Of a stretch of 64,000 nt of DNA, positions 31,991 to 41,076 are shown one piece after another. The notes beneath the pieces were generated by a model, which made no database searches, was not told the DNA's origin, and worked only from the letters and a program-made list of their open reading frames with translations. A program made the translations under genes and the position numbers. This DNA comes from an uncultured Candidatus Saccharibacteria bacterium (GTDB taxonomy: Bacteria; Patescibacteriota; Minisyncoccia; Phycocordibacterales; CSBR16-119). The stretch's first letter is position 1. The number at the start of each line of letters is the position of its first letter. Location: the NCBI GenBank assembly GCA_964557535.1, contig CAZLAD010000004.1, forward strand, positions 19,039 to 83,038, written 5' to 3'.

Positions 31991-34900
31991 CTAGAACCCT
32001 CTTTCTTCTCCGAATTCGTCTTTGTCTAGGTGTTTGTATTCACCGCGTAGACCTGTTCCAGCTGGAATAAGCCGGCCGATGATGACGTTTTCTTTAAGTC
32101 CTCGGAGATTATCAACTCCGCCCTTGATGGCATTGTTGATAAGCACGCGGTTGGTGTTTTGGAACGACGCGGCTGAAAGCCATGATTTTGTCGTGAGGGA
32201 AACATCGGTAATTCCACGAACAATGTATTCCGCTGTCGCCGGTTTTCCACCTTCGTTTTTGATAATCTCGTTTTCCTTTTCGAATTCGATGTGTTCGATA
32301 ATTTCGTTTGGGGAAAACATTGTATCGCCTGGATCAATAACTTTCTTTCGAGAGAACATTTGGCGTACGATGATTTCTAGGTGCTTGCGACCAATTGGCG
32401 CACCCTGAAGTTCGTAAACCTTGTTGATTTCATCAATAATATAATTTTCTGCCATTTCTTTACCTCCGGCTTTGAAAATTTCTGTAATCTTGGCAGAACC
32501 GTCGGTTAGAAGCTGACCTTTCTTTACCTTTTCGCCTTTTTTGACTACAGTCATACGTCTAAACGGAATGACATATTCTATTTCGTTATCTTTTTTATCA
32601 CCCTTTGAGTCGGACAGGACTTTGATGATTCGGTCTTTGCCTTCTTCACGAATATCAATTACCTCGCCATCAGTTTCTGAAACTACGGCTGGGTTTTTCG
32701 GATTTCGACGTTCAAAGATTTCTTCGACACGAGGAAGACCCTGGGTAATGTCAGATGCTCCTGCCACACCTCCCTGGTGGAAAGTTCGAAGTGTAAGCTG
32801 TGTACCTGGTTCACCGATCGCTTGAGCGGCGATGATACCCACGGCCTCACCGAGTTTGACGAGTTTTGATCGTCCAAGATCAAGTCCGTAACATTGCTGA
32901 CAAACTCCATGTGTAGTCTTGCAGGTAAGTATTGTGCGAACCTTTACTTCTTTGACACCAGATTCATCAATGCGTGCAGCGATATCCTTGTCGACGATTG
33001 TACCCTTTTTGTAGAGCAGTTCGCCTTCTGGACTTTTCACATCTTCGGCCAAAGTTCTACCGAAAATATTTTTGGCCAAACTAATTTCCAAACCTGAAAT
33101 ATTTTCTGCCGTTGCAACTTTTGAATCTTTTGATCCACAGTCTTCTTCACGCACGACGACATCCTGTGACACGTCAACGAGTCTACGTGTGAGGTATCCG
33201 GCCTGAGCAGTTTTCAAGGCGGTGTCGGCTAGACCTTTTCGAGAACCGTGTGTAGTGATGAAATATTCGAGTGGTGAGAGACCTTCTTTGTATGATGGGA
33301 TAATCGGGAAGTCGAGAGTTCGTCCGGAAGTGTTGATGATGAGACCTTTCATACCGGCCATTTGCACCACCTGTCCAATCGAACCTCTGGCGCCAGAATC
33401 AAGCATGTCTTTGGTTGGACCATTTTTCTTGAGAGTTTCTGGGATAACTTTCTGAATCTCAATTTTGGCTTGTTCCCAGACAGACAATGTCTTTCGATAC
33501 TTTTCATCTTCTGACAAAAGTCCTTCGTTGAACTGTCCTCTGATTTCAAGTTCTTTGGCGCGAGCGGCCGCGATAATGCCCGGCTTTTCTTTTGGCACAA
33601 GGATGTTGTCGATTCCCCAACTGATACCAGATCGGGTCATGAATTTAAATCCGAACGATTTAATCATGTCGAGAACTTTTGGTGTTTCGTCGACTCCGTA
33701 TCGAGTGATGACTTCTTCGACGAGACGTGAAAGTCTTTTCTGGTTCATTTCTTCGTTGATGAAACTAAAGTCTTTTGGAAGAGATGAGTTGAACATTAGT
33801 CGTCCGACTGTCGTTTCAAATATTTTGCCTTCAAATTTAGCGTAGCGTGGGCTGTCTGTAGGCAAAACTTTTATCTTCGCACGGAAAGAAACGATACCGT
33901 AATCATAGGCGGTCATGGCTTCGTTTGGTGAAGCAAAGAATTTGCCTTCACCCTTTTCGCCTTCTACGGATTTGGTCATCCAGTAAGTTCCCAAAACAAT
34001 GTCCATGCGTGGGTGAACGATAGGATTACCGTCTTGTGGACGAAGAAGATTTTTGTTTGAGGCCATAAGATCTCGTGCTTCAGCCTGAGCCGCTTCGGAT
34101 AGTGGTAGATATACCGCCATCTGGTCTCCGTCGAAGTCAGCGTTGAACGCCGCACAGACAAGAGGGTGAACTTGGATAGCTTTACCTTCGATAAGAACTG
34201 GTTGAAAAGCCTGAATACCGAGTCGGTGAAGTGTCGGCGCACGGTTTAGGAGTACGTGTTTGCCTTGGATGCATTCTTCGAGAATCGCCCAAACTTCAGC
34301 CACGCCGTCTTCGATGAGTTTGTTTGCTCCGCGAATGTTAAAGGCCAGTTCTCTTTCGAGAATTTTCGAGATGACAAATGGTTTGAACAATTCAAGCGCC
34401 ATCTTTTTCGGAAGACCACACTGGTTGAGTCGAAGCTGTGGACCAACCACGATCACAGATCGTCCGGAGTAGTCGACGCGTTTACCGAGCAAGTTCTGTC
34501 GGAAGAGACCTTGTTTTGATTTCAAGTTATCAGAGAGAGATTTGAGTGCGCGTTTCTGAGATTGATTTGTCGCGGTGTCTGATTTGGCAATCGAATTATC
34601 GACGAGAGCATCTACCGCTTCTTGCAAAATTCTCTTTTCGTTTCGCAAGATAACGTCTGGAGCATTGATCTCGAGAAGTTTCTTTAGACGATTGTTTCTG
34701 TTGATGACGCGTCGGTACAAGTCGTTGATATCAGATGTCGCGTGTCGTCCACCCTCGAGGGCGACCATCGGTCGAAGTCCCGGCGGGATAACTGGTAAAT
34801 TCTTTAGGAACATCCATTCTGGTCGAACACCAGAATTTATCATCGAGCGGATGAGGCCTAGGCGTTTCTTTAACTTAACTTTTTCTAAAGTCGAAGCCTT

Positions 34901-35617
34901 TTCAATCATTTCTTCGGTTGCGATACGAAGTTTTTCTAGATCGGTATTTTTGAAAACGTTGTAGATAGCTTCGGCGCCAATTGAGGCCTCAAAAGCAGAA
35001 CTATAACGCATAGAATAATGATGGTATTCGATTTCATTCAAGACTTTACCGACGACAATGTCACCAAGTTCACGTTTGGTGTTTGAGAATAGTTCTTTCA
35101 ACTTTTCTTTTGTTTCGTCATCCTGTGAACTTTTGATTTTGTTTTTGTACTCATTTTCCAAATCTTTGATAATTCGGTTTTTCTCATCTTCGTTTACTTT
35201 GTGAATGATGTATCCAGCAAAGTAGACGACTTTCTCCAAATCAACCAAATTTATATTTAGAAAAACACTCATGCGAGACGGGACGCCACGCAAAAACCAA
35301 ATGTGCGCCACCGGTGTAGCAAGTTTGATGTGACCCATTCTTTCACGTCGAACTATCGCTTTTGTGATTTCGACGCCACATTTTTCACAGACGATACCCT
35401 TGTACTTTACGCCACGATATTTTTTACAGTAACATTCGAAGTCTTTTTCTGGACCGAAAATTTTCTCATCGAAGAGTCCTCCGCGTTCTGAGCGACCAGT
35501 TCGGTAGTTGATGGTTTCGGGTTTTTGAATTTCGCCATAAGACCATTCTTCGATTTTTTCAGGACTTGCGAGTTCGATCGATATTTTGTTGAAATCTTTT
35601 GAATCTAAATTTTTCAT
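31991..35617 (-). CDS. rpoC: RNA polymerase beta' subunit
   Basis: NADFDGDQMA, GKRVDYSGRSVI, QAIGEPGTQL. Confidence 0.99.
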   Translation of the reverse strand: MKNLDSKDFNKISIELASPEKIEEWSYGEIQKPETINYRTGRSERGGLFDEKIFGPEKDFECYCKKYRGVKYKGIVCEKCGVEITKAIVRRERMGHIKLATPVAHIWFLRGVPSRMSVFLNINLVDLEKVVYFAGYIIHKVNEDEKNRIIKDLENEYKNKIKSSQDDETKEKLKELFSNTKRELGDIVVGKVLNEIEYHHYSMRYSSAFEASIGAEAIYNVFKNTDLEKLRIATEEMIEKASTLEKVKLKKRLGLIRSMINSGVRPEWMFLKNLPVIPPGLRPMVALEGGRHATSDINDLYRRVINRNNRLKKLLEINAPDVILRNEKRILQEAVDALVDNSIAKSDTATNQSQKRALKSLSDNLKSKQGLFRQNLLGKRVDYSGRSVIVVGPQLRLNQCGLPKKMALELFKPFVISKILERELAFNIRGANKLIEDGVAEVWAILEECIQGKHVLLNRAPTLHRLGIQAFQPVLIEGKAIQVHPLVCAAFNADFDGDQMAVYLPLSEAAQAEARDLMASNKNLLRPQDGNPIVHPRMDIVLGTYWMTKSVEGEKGEGKFFASPNEAMTAYDYGIVSFRAKIKVLPTDSPRYAKFEGKIFETTVGRLMFNSSLPKDFSFINEEMNQKRLSRLVEEVITRYGVDETPKVLDMIKSFGFKFMTRSGISWGIDNILVPKEKPGIIAAARAKELEIRGQFNEGLLSEDEKYRKTLSVWEQAKIEIQKVIPETLKKNGPTKDMLDSGARGSIGQVVQMAGMKGLIINTSGRTLDFPIIPSYKEGLSPLEYFITTHGSRKGLADTALKTAQAGYLTRRLVDVSQDVVVREEDCGSKDSKVATAENISGLEISLAKNIFGRTLAEDVKSPEGELLYKKGTIVDKDIAARIDESGVKEVKVRTILTCKTTHGVCQQCYGLDLGRSKLVKLGEAVGIIAAQAIGEPGTQLTLRTFHQGGVAGASDITQGLPRVEEIFERRNPKNPAVVSETDGEVIDIREEGKDRIIKVLSDSKGDKKDNEIEYVIPFRRMTVVKKGEKVKKGQLLTDGSAKITEIFKAGGKEMAENYIIDEINKVYELQGAPIGRKHLEIIVRQMFSRKKVIDPGDTMFSPNEIIEHIEFEKENEIIKNEGGKPATAEYIVRGITDVSLTTKSWLSAASFQNTNRVLINNAIKGGVDNLRGLKENVIIGRLIPAGTGLRGEYKHLDKDEFGEERGF

Positions 35618-35641
35618 AAATATTTTTATTAGTTTTAAATT

Positions 35642-38600
35642 TTATTGTTTCAAGTCAATATCGAGTCCAAGTCCGCGCAAGTAGTTGAGCATCACCTTAA
35701 ACGATGCCGGAATATTTGGCTCGCGGAGTTTCTGACCCTTGATAATCGAATCAAACGCCTGACTTCGACCCATGATGTCGTCAGATTTGATAGTTAACAT
35801 TTCACGAAGTGCATGAGCCGCACCGTATCCTTCGAGAGCCCAAACTTCCATTTCTCCGAATCGTTGACCTCCTGACTGAGCCTTACCTCCAAGTGGTTGT
35901 TGGGTGATGAGTGAGTATGGTCCGATGGCGCGCGCATGGACTTTGTCTTCCACCATGTGGTGAAGTTTCAAGATGTACATATAACCGACAGCAATTTCTT
36001 GTTCGAAAGCTTCGCCGGTTCGTCCATCAAAAAGTTTCATTGTACCGGTGTCGCTTAGTCCTGCTTTGACTAGCTCTTGTTTGATTTCGTCGTTACTTGC
36101 TCCACCAAACAACGGAACGATAGCCTGGTAATTAAGCGTGTGAGCCGCCATACCAAGATGCATTTCCAAAATTTGTCCCAAGTTCATACGTGATGGAACA
36201 CCAAGCGGAGTGAGGATTACGTCAACTGGTGTACCGTCAGCCATGTATGGCATTTCTTCTTCTGGAAGGATGGTCGAGATGACGCCCTTGTTTCCGTGTC
36301 GACCGGCAAGCTTGTCTCCGACCGAAATGTTTCGGACCTGCGCAACTTCGACAATGATTTTCTTGATGATTCCTGATTCGAGCTGATGACCCTTGTCGCG
36401 TGAGAAAACTTTCACGCCGATTACGCGTCCTTCGTTTCCTGGACTTACGCGCATAGAGGTGTCTTTGACGTCACGAGCTTTTTCGGCAAAGATTGATCGG
36501 AGAAGTCTTTCTTCTGGAGTAAGTTCTGTTTCGCCCTTTGGCGTAATTTTACCGACAAGAATGTCGTTTTCACGAACTTCGGCACCAATACGCACGATTC
36601 CTTCTTCGTCGAGGTCTTTTAGTTTTGCTTCACCGACGTTTGGGATGTCAGGAGTGGTTTGTTCAGGTCCAAGTTTTGTATCACGAACAACGCAAGTAAA
36701 TTCTTCAACATAAATAGAAGTGAAGACAGAATTCTTTACCAAACGTTCTGACAAGATGATGGCGTCTTCGTAGTTTCGTCCATCCCATGACATAAATGCG
36801 ACTAGGGCGTTTTGACCAATCGCGGCTTGACCTTCGGCTGTTGACGGAGCATCGGCCAAGACGTCGCCCTTTTTGACTTTGTCACCCATATTTACCGATG
36901 GTCGCTGTCGCATTAGAGAGAATTTGTTGGTGCGAACAGTATGGATAAGTTCGTAAGTTTTTGGCTTGCCTGATGCTGGAGTTACGACGACTTTTTTGGC
37001 ATCCACATAAGTAACTTCGCCAGACTCTTCGGCAATAACCAGTCGTCCTGAATCACGCGCAATTACTTCTTCGACACCAGTTCCGACAAGCGGTGCCATA
37101 GGGATGACACACGGCACAGCTTGCTTTTGCATGTTACTTCCCATGAGTGCGCGGTTGGCGTCATCGTGTTCGAGAAACGGAATCATCGAGGTACCAAGCG
37201 AAAATGCTTGGTTTGTAGCGACATCGATAAAATCAATTTCTTTTTTGGAAATTAGTCCTGGAGAAGTTTTGACTCGCGCTTCGACAAGTTCTGGAATAAT
37301 ATTTCCAGCCTCATCTCGAGGAACACCTCCGTGAGCGATGTTGTACTTTTCTTCTTCCAAGGCGTTCATGTATACAATTTCACCTGTGATCTTGCCGTTT
37401 TTTACCCGAACATACGGAGTTTCGATAATGCCGAATTCGTTTATCTTTGCATATGTAGAAAGGTGAAGAACCAGACCGATGTTTGGACCTTCTGGAGTGT
37501 GAATCGGGCAAACGCGACCGTAGTGACTGGTGTGAACGTCGCGAACTTCAAGTCCAGCTCTTTCACGAGTAAGTCCTCCAGGTCCGAGCGCAGAAAGGAT
37601 GCGCAAGTGTTCGAGTTCGGAAATAACATTTTCCTGATCCATGAATTGTGAAAGTTGGTTCGTGGTGAAAAATTCTTTGACACGAGCCTGAAGTGGTCTT
37701 TGATTGATGACGGTGACAGGCGCGGCGACATCTGACTCGATTGTCGACATGCGGTCCTGAATATTTCGCTTGATCTGAGTCATACCCACGCGGAATTTTT
37801 GTTGGAGAAGTTCGCCAACGTATTTTACGCGTCGTCGGCCCAAGTGATCGATGTCATCAGCCTTGGCGTTTTTGTCATTGTTTAAATCAAAAATGTTTTT
37901 GACGATTGTGACGACGTCGTCGGCATTTAGAGTTTGGCGCTCGAGTTCAGCTTTTTCCATTGATTTCTCAAATCGCTGATTGAATCGGTGTCGGCCAACT
38001 TTTGAGAAGTCATATCGTTCTGTGGTAAAAATACTATCAACAAATTCCTTGGCGTTTTCTGCCGTCGCCATATCACCATCTCGAAGACGTTTATAGATAT
38101 CGACGTAGGCTTCTTCGACAGTTTTGGCATGATCTTTCTCAAGCATCACGGCAACCAATTTCTCCATTTCAGGATTGCCCTTGAAAGCTTTCAAGATTTT
38201 CTCATTCGTATCAAGTCCCATGACACGGAGCAAACTAGTGACTGGGAATTTTCGTTTCTTGTCGATGCGGGCGAAAATCGTGTCGTCTTTGTCTGTCTCG
38301 ATCTCAATCCAGACACCGCGATTTGGGATTATTTTTGCGCCAAATTTACGTCGACCTTTTAGATCAACGGCAGTAAAAAATACTCCTGATGAACGTGTAA
38401 GCTGAGCGACGATGACACGTTCGACACCATTTATGATGAATGTACCGTTACTTGTCATAAGCGGGAAATCTGTCATGAAAATTTCCTGCTCTTTCTTGGA
38501 ACCATTCAATTTGTTGAGGAGTTTGGCGCGAACTTTTAGAGGCGCTTCGTAGGAGAGTTTGTTTTCCTTGGCGTAGTGAGGATCGAATTTTGGTTCACCT

Positions 38601-38809
38601 AATTCGTAGGCGTCGAATCGTAGTTCGAATTTTTTACCCGAGTAATCTTCGATTGGAGAAAATTCTTTAAAAACTTCTTTTAGTCCATCGGTAATCAACC
38701 ACTTGAAAGAATTCAACTGGGTTTCGAGCATGTTTGGATATGCAACCAACGGCTCTTTATACTTCGCAAAATACTTCTTCTCTCGCTTCAACGTCTTTGT
38801 TTTTGCCAT
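35642..38809 (-). CDS. rpoB: RNA polymerase beta subunit
   Basis: GDKLAGRHGNKG, GGQRFGEMEVWALE, LSQFMDQ. Confidence 0.99.
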   Translation of the reverse strand: MAKTKTLKREKKYFAKYKEPLVAYPNMLETQLNSFKWLITDGLKEVFKEFSPIEDYSGKKFELRFDAYELGEPKFDPHYAKENKLSYEAPLKVRAKLLNKLNGSKKEQEIFMTDFPLMTSNGTFIINGVERVIVAQLTRSSGVFFTAVDLKGRRKFGAKIIPNRGVWIEIETDKDDTIFARIDKKRKFPVTSLLRVMGLDTNEKILKAFKGNPEMEKLVAVMLEKDHAKTVEEAYVDIYKRLRDGDMATAENAKEFVDSIFTTERYDFSKVGRHRFNQRFEKSMEKAELERQTLNADDVVTIVKNIFDLNNDKNAKADDIDHLGRRRVKYVGELLQQKFRVGMTQIKRNIQDRMSTIESDVAAPVTVINQRPLQARVKEFFTTNQLSQFMDQENVISELEHLRILSALGPGGLTRERAGLEVRDVHTSHYGRVCPIHTPEGPNIGLVLHLSTYAKINEFGIIETPYVRVKNGKITGEIVYMNALEEEKYNIAHGGVPRDEAGNIIPELVEARVKTSPGLISKKEIDFIDVATNQAFSLGTSMIPFLEHDDANRALMGSNMQKQAVPCVIPMAPLVGTGVEEVIARDSGRLVIAEESGEVTYVDAKKVVVTPASGKPKTYELIHTVRTNKFSLMRQRPSVNMGDKVKKGDVLADAPSTAEGQAAIGQNALVAFMSWDGRNYEDAIILSERLVKNSVFTSIYVEEFTCVVRDTKLGPEQTTPDIPNVGEAKLKDLDEEGIVRIGAEVRENDILVGKITPKGETELTPEERLLRSIFAEKARDVKDTSMRVSPGNEGRVIGVKVFSRDKGHQLESGIIKKIIVEVAQVRNISVGDKLAGRHGNKGVISTILPEEEMPYMADGTPVDVILTPLGVPSRMNLGQILEMHLGMAAHTLNYQAIVPLFGGASNDEIKQELVKAGLSDTGTMKLFDGRTGEAFEQEIAVGYMYILKLHHMVEDKVHARAIGPYSLITQQPLGGKAQSGGQRFGEMEVWALEGYGAAHALREMLTIKSDDIMGRSQAFDSIIKGQKLREPNIPASFKVMLNYLRGLGLDIDLKQ

Positions 38810-38815
38810 GCTGTG

Positions 38816-38845
38816 TCCTGCCGTAGCTTATTAAGCGAAGGCGGA
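38816..38845. repeat. Short GA-loop palindrome; related copy at 48512-48538
   Basis: TCCTGCCGTAGCTTATTAAGCGAAGGCGGA versus CCCGTCCGAAGCTTTAGCGAAGGCGGG. Confidence 0.7.
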
Positions 38846-39047
38846 ATAATAATTATTAAAATTAACTCGACTCCAAAAAAGCAAAAGTCAACAAGGCTAC
38901 GACCTCATTGTCTCAATGATCTCTTGGTTTTATAAAATTTTACTTAGCAATGCTTTGTATTATTTACCCCGACCAAAGTGGAAGGGGCCGCGCCTATTAA
39001 TACAATTGCTTTTCCGCCAAAACTCAATCTGGGCAATTAGTTTCTCT

Positions 39048-39075
39048 AGTATATCCGAAATCTAAAATCTGTCAA
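39048..39075 (-). promoter_or_regulatory. sigma70 promoter of rpoBC
   Basis: TTGACA (39075-39070), 16-bp spacer, TATACT (39053-39048). Confidence 0.65.
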
Positions 39076-39082
39076 ACCGTAC

Positions 39083-39284
39083 GACCGTTAAAAATATTGC
39101 GTTTAAAAACCAAGCTAGTTTGCCTTAAAAGTCCGTACTGTTTGAGAAGAGCTCAAGCTCTTCGAGTTTACGGATCTTTTTGGCTTAAACTAACTTGGTT
39201 TTAGCAAATATTTTTTCAGGTCAAAGGAGTTTTTGGTTACTTTTTTCTCCGTAAAAAAGTAACGTCCGGTCATCGCTTGCGATG
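39083..39284. repeat. Long imperfect hairpin plus a GTTACTTTTTT/AAAAAAGTAAC hairpin (MITE-like or ncRNA)
   Basis: Nested arms GACC/GGTC, AAAATATT/AATATTTT, AAAACCAAG/CTTGGTTTT, TCCGTA/TACGGA, GAAGAGC/GCTCTTC. Confidence 0.7.
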
Positions 39285-39286
39285 GC

Positions 39287-39622
39287 TTATCGTGGAGTTA
39301 CATCTATAACATTCGAATCATCTACTTTTTTCTTCGCCGATCGGACGAGTGCTTTGTATCCACGAAAAACCGACCAAAGAGTTAGATCAATGAGAAGAAA
39401 TGGAATTCCGAGAATCCAAAAGACGACTTTGAAAAATCCAAAGTCGTTACCGAAAACTTCCGTGTAGCCAAGCAAAAACATAAGCACGAAAAACAGCGCT
39501 CCGACAATCGTGAAAACAAGTATCGGTCCCCGGACCAAATCCTCGGCCATCTCTGCCCCAAACCCACTTGGATCCTTGACCCCCTTCCTGACATCGCGAA
39601 TTGTTTTGAAAATAGTGAACAT
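39287..39622 (-). CDS. Hypothetical membrane protein (2 TM)
   Basis: 111-aa ORF with two hydrophobic helices. Confidence 0.7.
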   Translation of the reverse strand: MFTIFKTIRDVRKGVKDPSGFGAEMAEDLVRGPILVFTIVGALFFVLMFLLGYTEVFGNDFGFFKVVFWILGIPFLLIDLTLWSVFRGYKALVRSAKKKVDDSNVIDVTPR

Positions 39623-39736
39623 GCCGACATTCTAACATATCCACCCAGACGAATGGAGGTCCTCCGTTCGTTGCTTGACGAGAACCGTCAATACAGGTAC
39701 CTTAAACCAAGACACAAAAACCAAAACCACCAGCAC

Positions 39737-40528
39737 ATGAAACGCTCTTTGGAACGAACCAACAAAATGTTCGCCGTTTGCCTTGTCGGTATCCTCCTTG
39801 GAGGTCTTCTTATGTGGGTAAACTGGCCGGCAGTATATGAACGCGACTTTGCAGAATTCCTCTTGGGAGGATTATTCATCTTCGTGAGCATCGTCGCCAT
39901 CAGCCTCTACATACGAGAGCGCAATGCTTGGAAGAATTTCCTCAAAGAAGCAACGAGCGAAGACCTGAGCCCGAAGAGAACGATCGCCCTCATCGAGGAA
40001 GCCGGGGAATTCGAAGCGAGACAGATCATTCTTCAGCACTGCATCCAGTATAGAATAGAAAGGTCAGGTAACTACGCCTGGGGGTTGGCTTTCTGGGTAT
40101 GGGAGTCAAGCAACATCCTGCCAATGGATTGCCTAAAGTGGATAATGAGTATCATTCATTACGAACTTGGGCTCAAGCTCCACGCCAAGCTGGATGATGT
40201 ACGGGAGCAGATTGAGAAAGGGGGCAAAGACCTGTCGCACCCAGAAAACCAAGAGTTCGCAGCAAACCTCATCAAGAAGGACATTGCTATGATGCTCGAG
40301 GTCTGTGGTGAGGATCGCCCCTATGCATCGATCATCCCCATCTTGGCGGAAGCATCACCAGCAGTCCGCGAGGAGATCATGAAGAAAGCAAGAGAAGGAC
40401 GTGAATTTCCCAAGGACGCTGACCTCACTGATCAGATGATGCAGGCGGCCAAGGAAGTCTATGACGAGCTCTTGGACACGATCGAGGAAAAATTACGGAC
40501 GTGGCCAACGGCAGAACCAGTGTCGTAG
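39737..40528 (+). CDS. Hypothetical membrane protein (stand-alone module)
   Basis: TTGACG-17-TACCTT (39675-39703), leader ACAAAAACCAAAACCACCAGCAC-ATG, two TM helices, hairpin at 40547-40574. Confidence 0.7.
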   Translation: MKRSLERTNKMFAVCLVGILLGGLLMWVNWPAVYERDFAEFLLGGLFIFVSIVAISLYIRERNAWKNFLKEATSEDLSPKRTIALIEEAGEFEARQIILQHCIQYRIERSGNYAWGLAFWVWESSNILPMDCLKWIMSIIHYELGLKLHAKLDDVREQIEKGGKDLSHPENQEFAANLIKKDIAMMLEVCGEDRPYASIIPILAEASPAVREEIMKKAREGREFPKDADLTDQMMQAAKEVYDELLDTIEEKLRTWPTAEPVS

Positions 40529-40599
40529 CAACACGCGAACATTCACAAGGGCCGGGGAAACTTCCCCGGCCCTTAGTGCTTTTTCAAATTTAGAATTCC

Positions 40600-41001
40600 T
40601 TAGAAAATCGACAAGAAATATGTCCCGAGAAGGGCCAAGGCAAACATCGAAATAGCTGGGAGAGTTTTCGTGAGCGAGTCGCGGACCTTTATATGCATAC
40701 TGATAGCACCGAGCATGAGCACGCCGAGGAGCACAAAAGCCACCATACCAAACGGATACATGATTTGTGGTTTAAACAGGCCGATGACCATCATGAGCGC
40801 GATGACGATTTTCAAAAACCCGACGACATACACAGACCACGCAGGCAACCCATACACAGAAAATTCTTCTTTCATATTCTTCGCACTTCCCCCGCGATAC
40901 TTGGTAGCGCGCCCAGAGCGCACCAACCAGACGTTCACGAGCCCAAGGGCGATCAATACTTGGATGACAGCCATGATCCAAACAAATGTTATTTCTGACA
41001 T
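40600..41001 (-). CDS. DoxX-like membrane protein
   Basis: NVWLVR...MKEEF..YGLP...LMLGAISMHIKVRD. Confidence 0.82.
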   Translation of the reverse strand: MSEITFVWIMAVIQVLIALGLVNVWLVRSGRATKYRGGSAKNMKEEFSVYGLPAWSVYVVGFLKIVIALMMVIGLFKPQIMYPFGMVAFVLLGVLMLGAISMHIKVRDSLTKTLPAISMFALALLGTYFLSIF

Positions 41002-41076
41002 ATAAAAATATTAATTATAAATTGGTTTTATTCTATTCTAAATAATTTTAATATATTATGAGAATTATCAAAATTA

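Noticed and set aside
27833-38405. Numerous 60-190 aa antisense and alternate-frame ORFs over rpoD, dnaG, rpoC, rpoB (and similarly elsewhere)
   Set aside because: Shadow ORFs of conserved genes with no motifs, promoters or terminators of their own.
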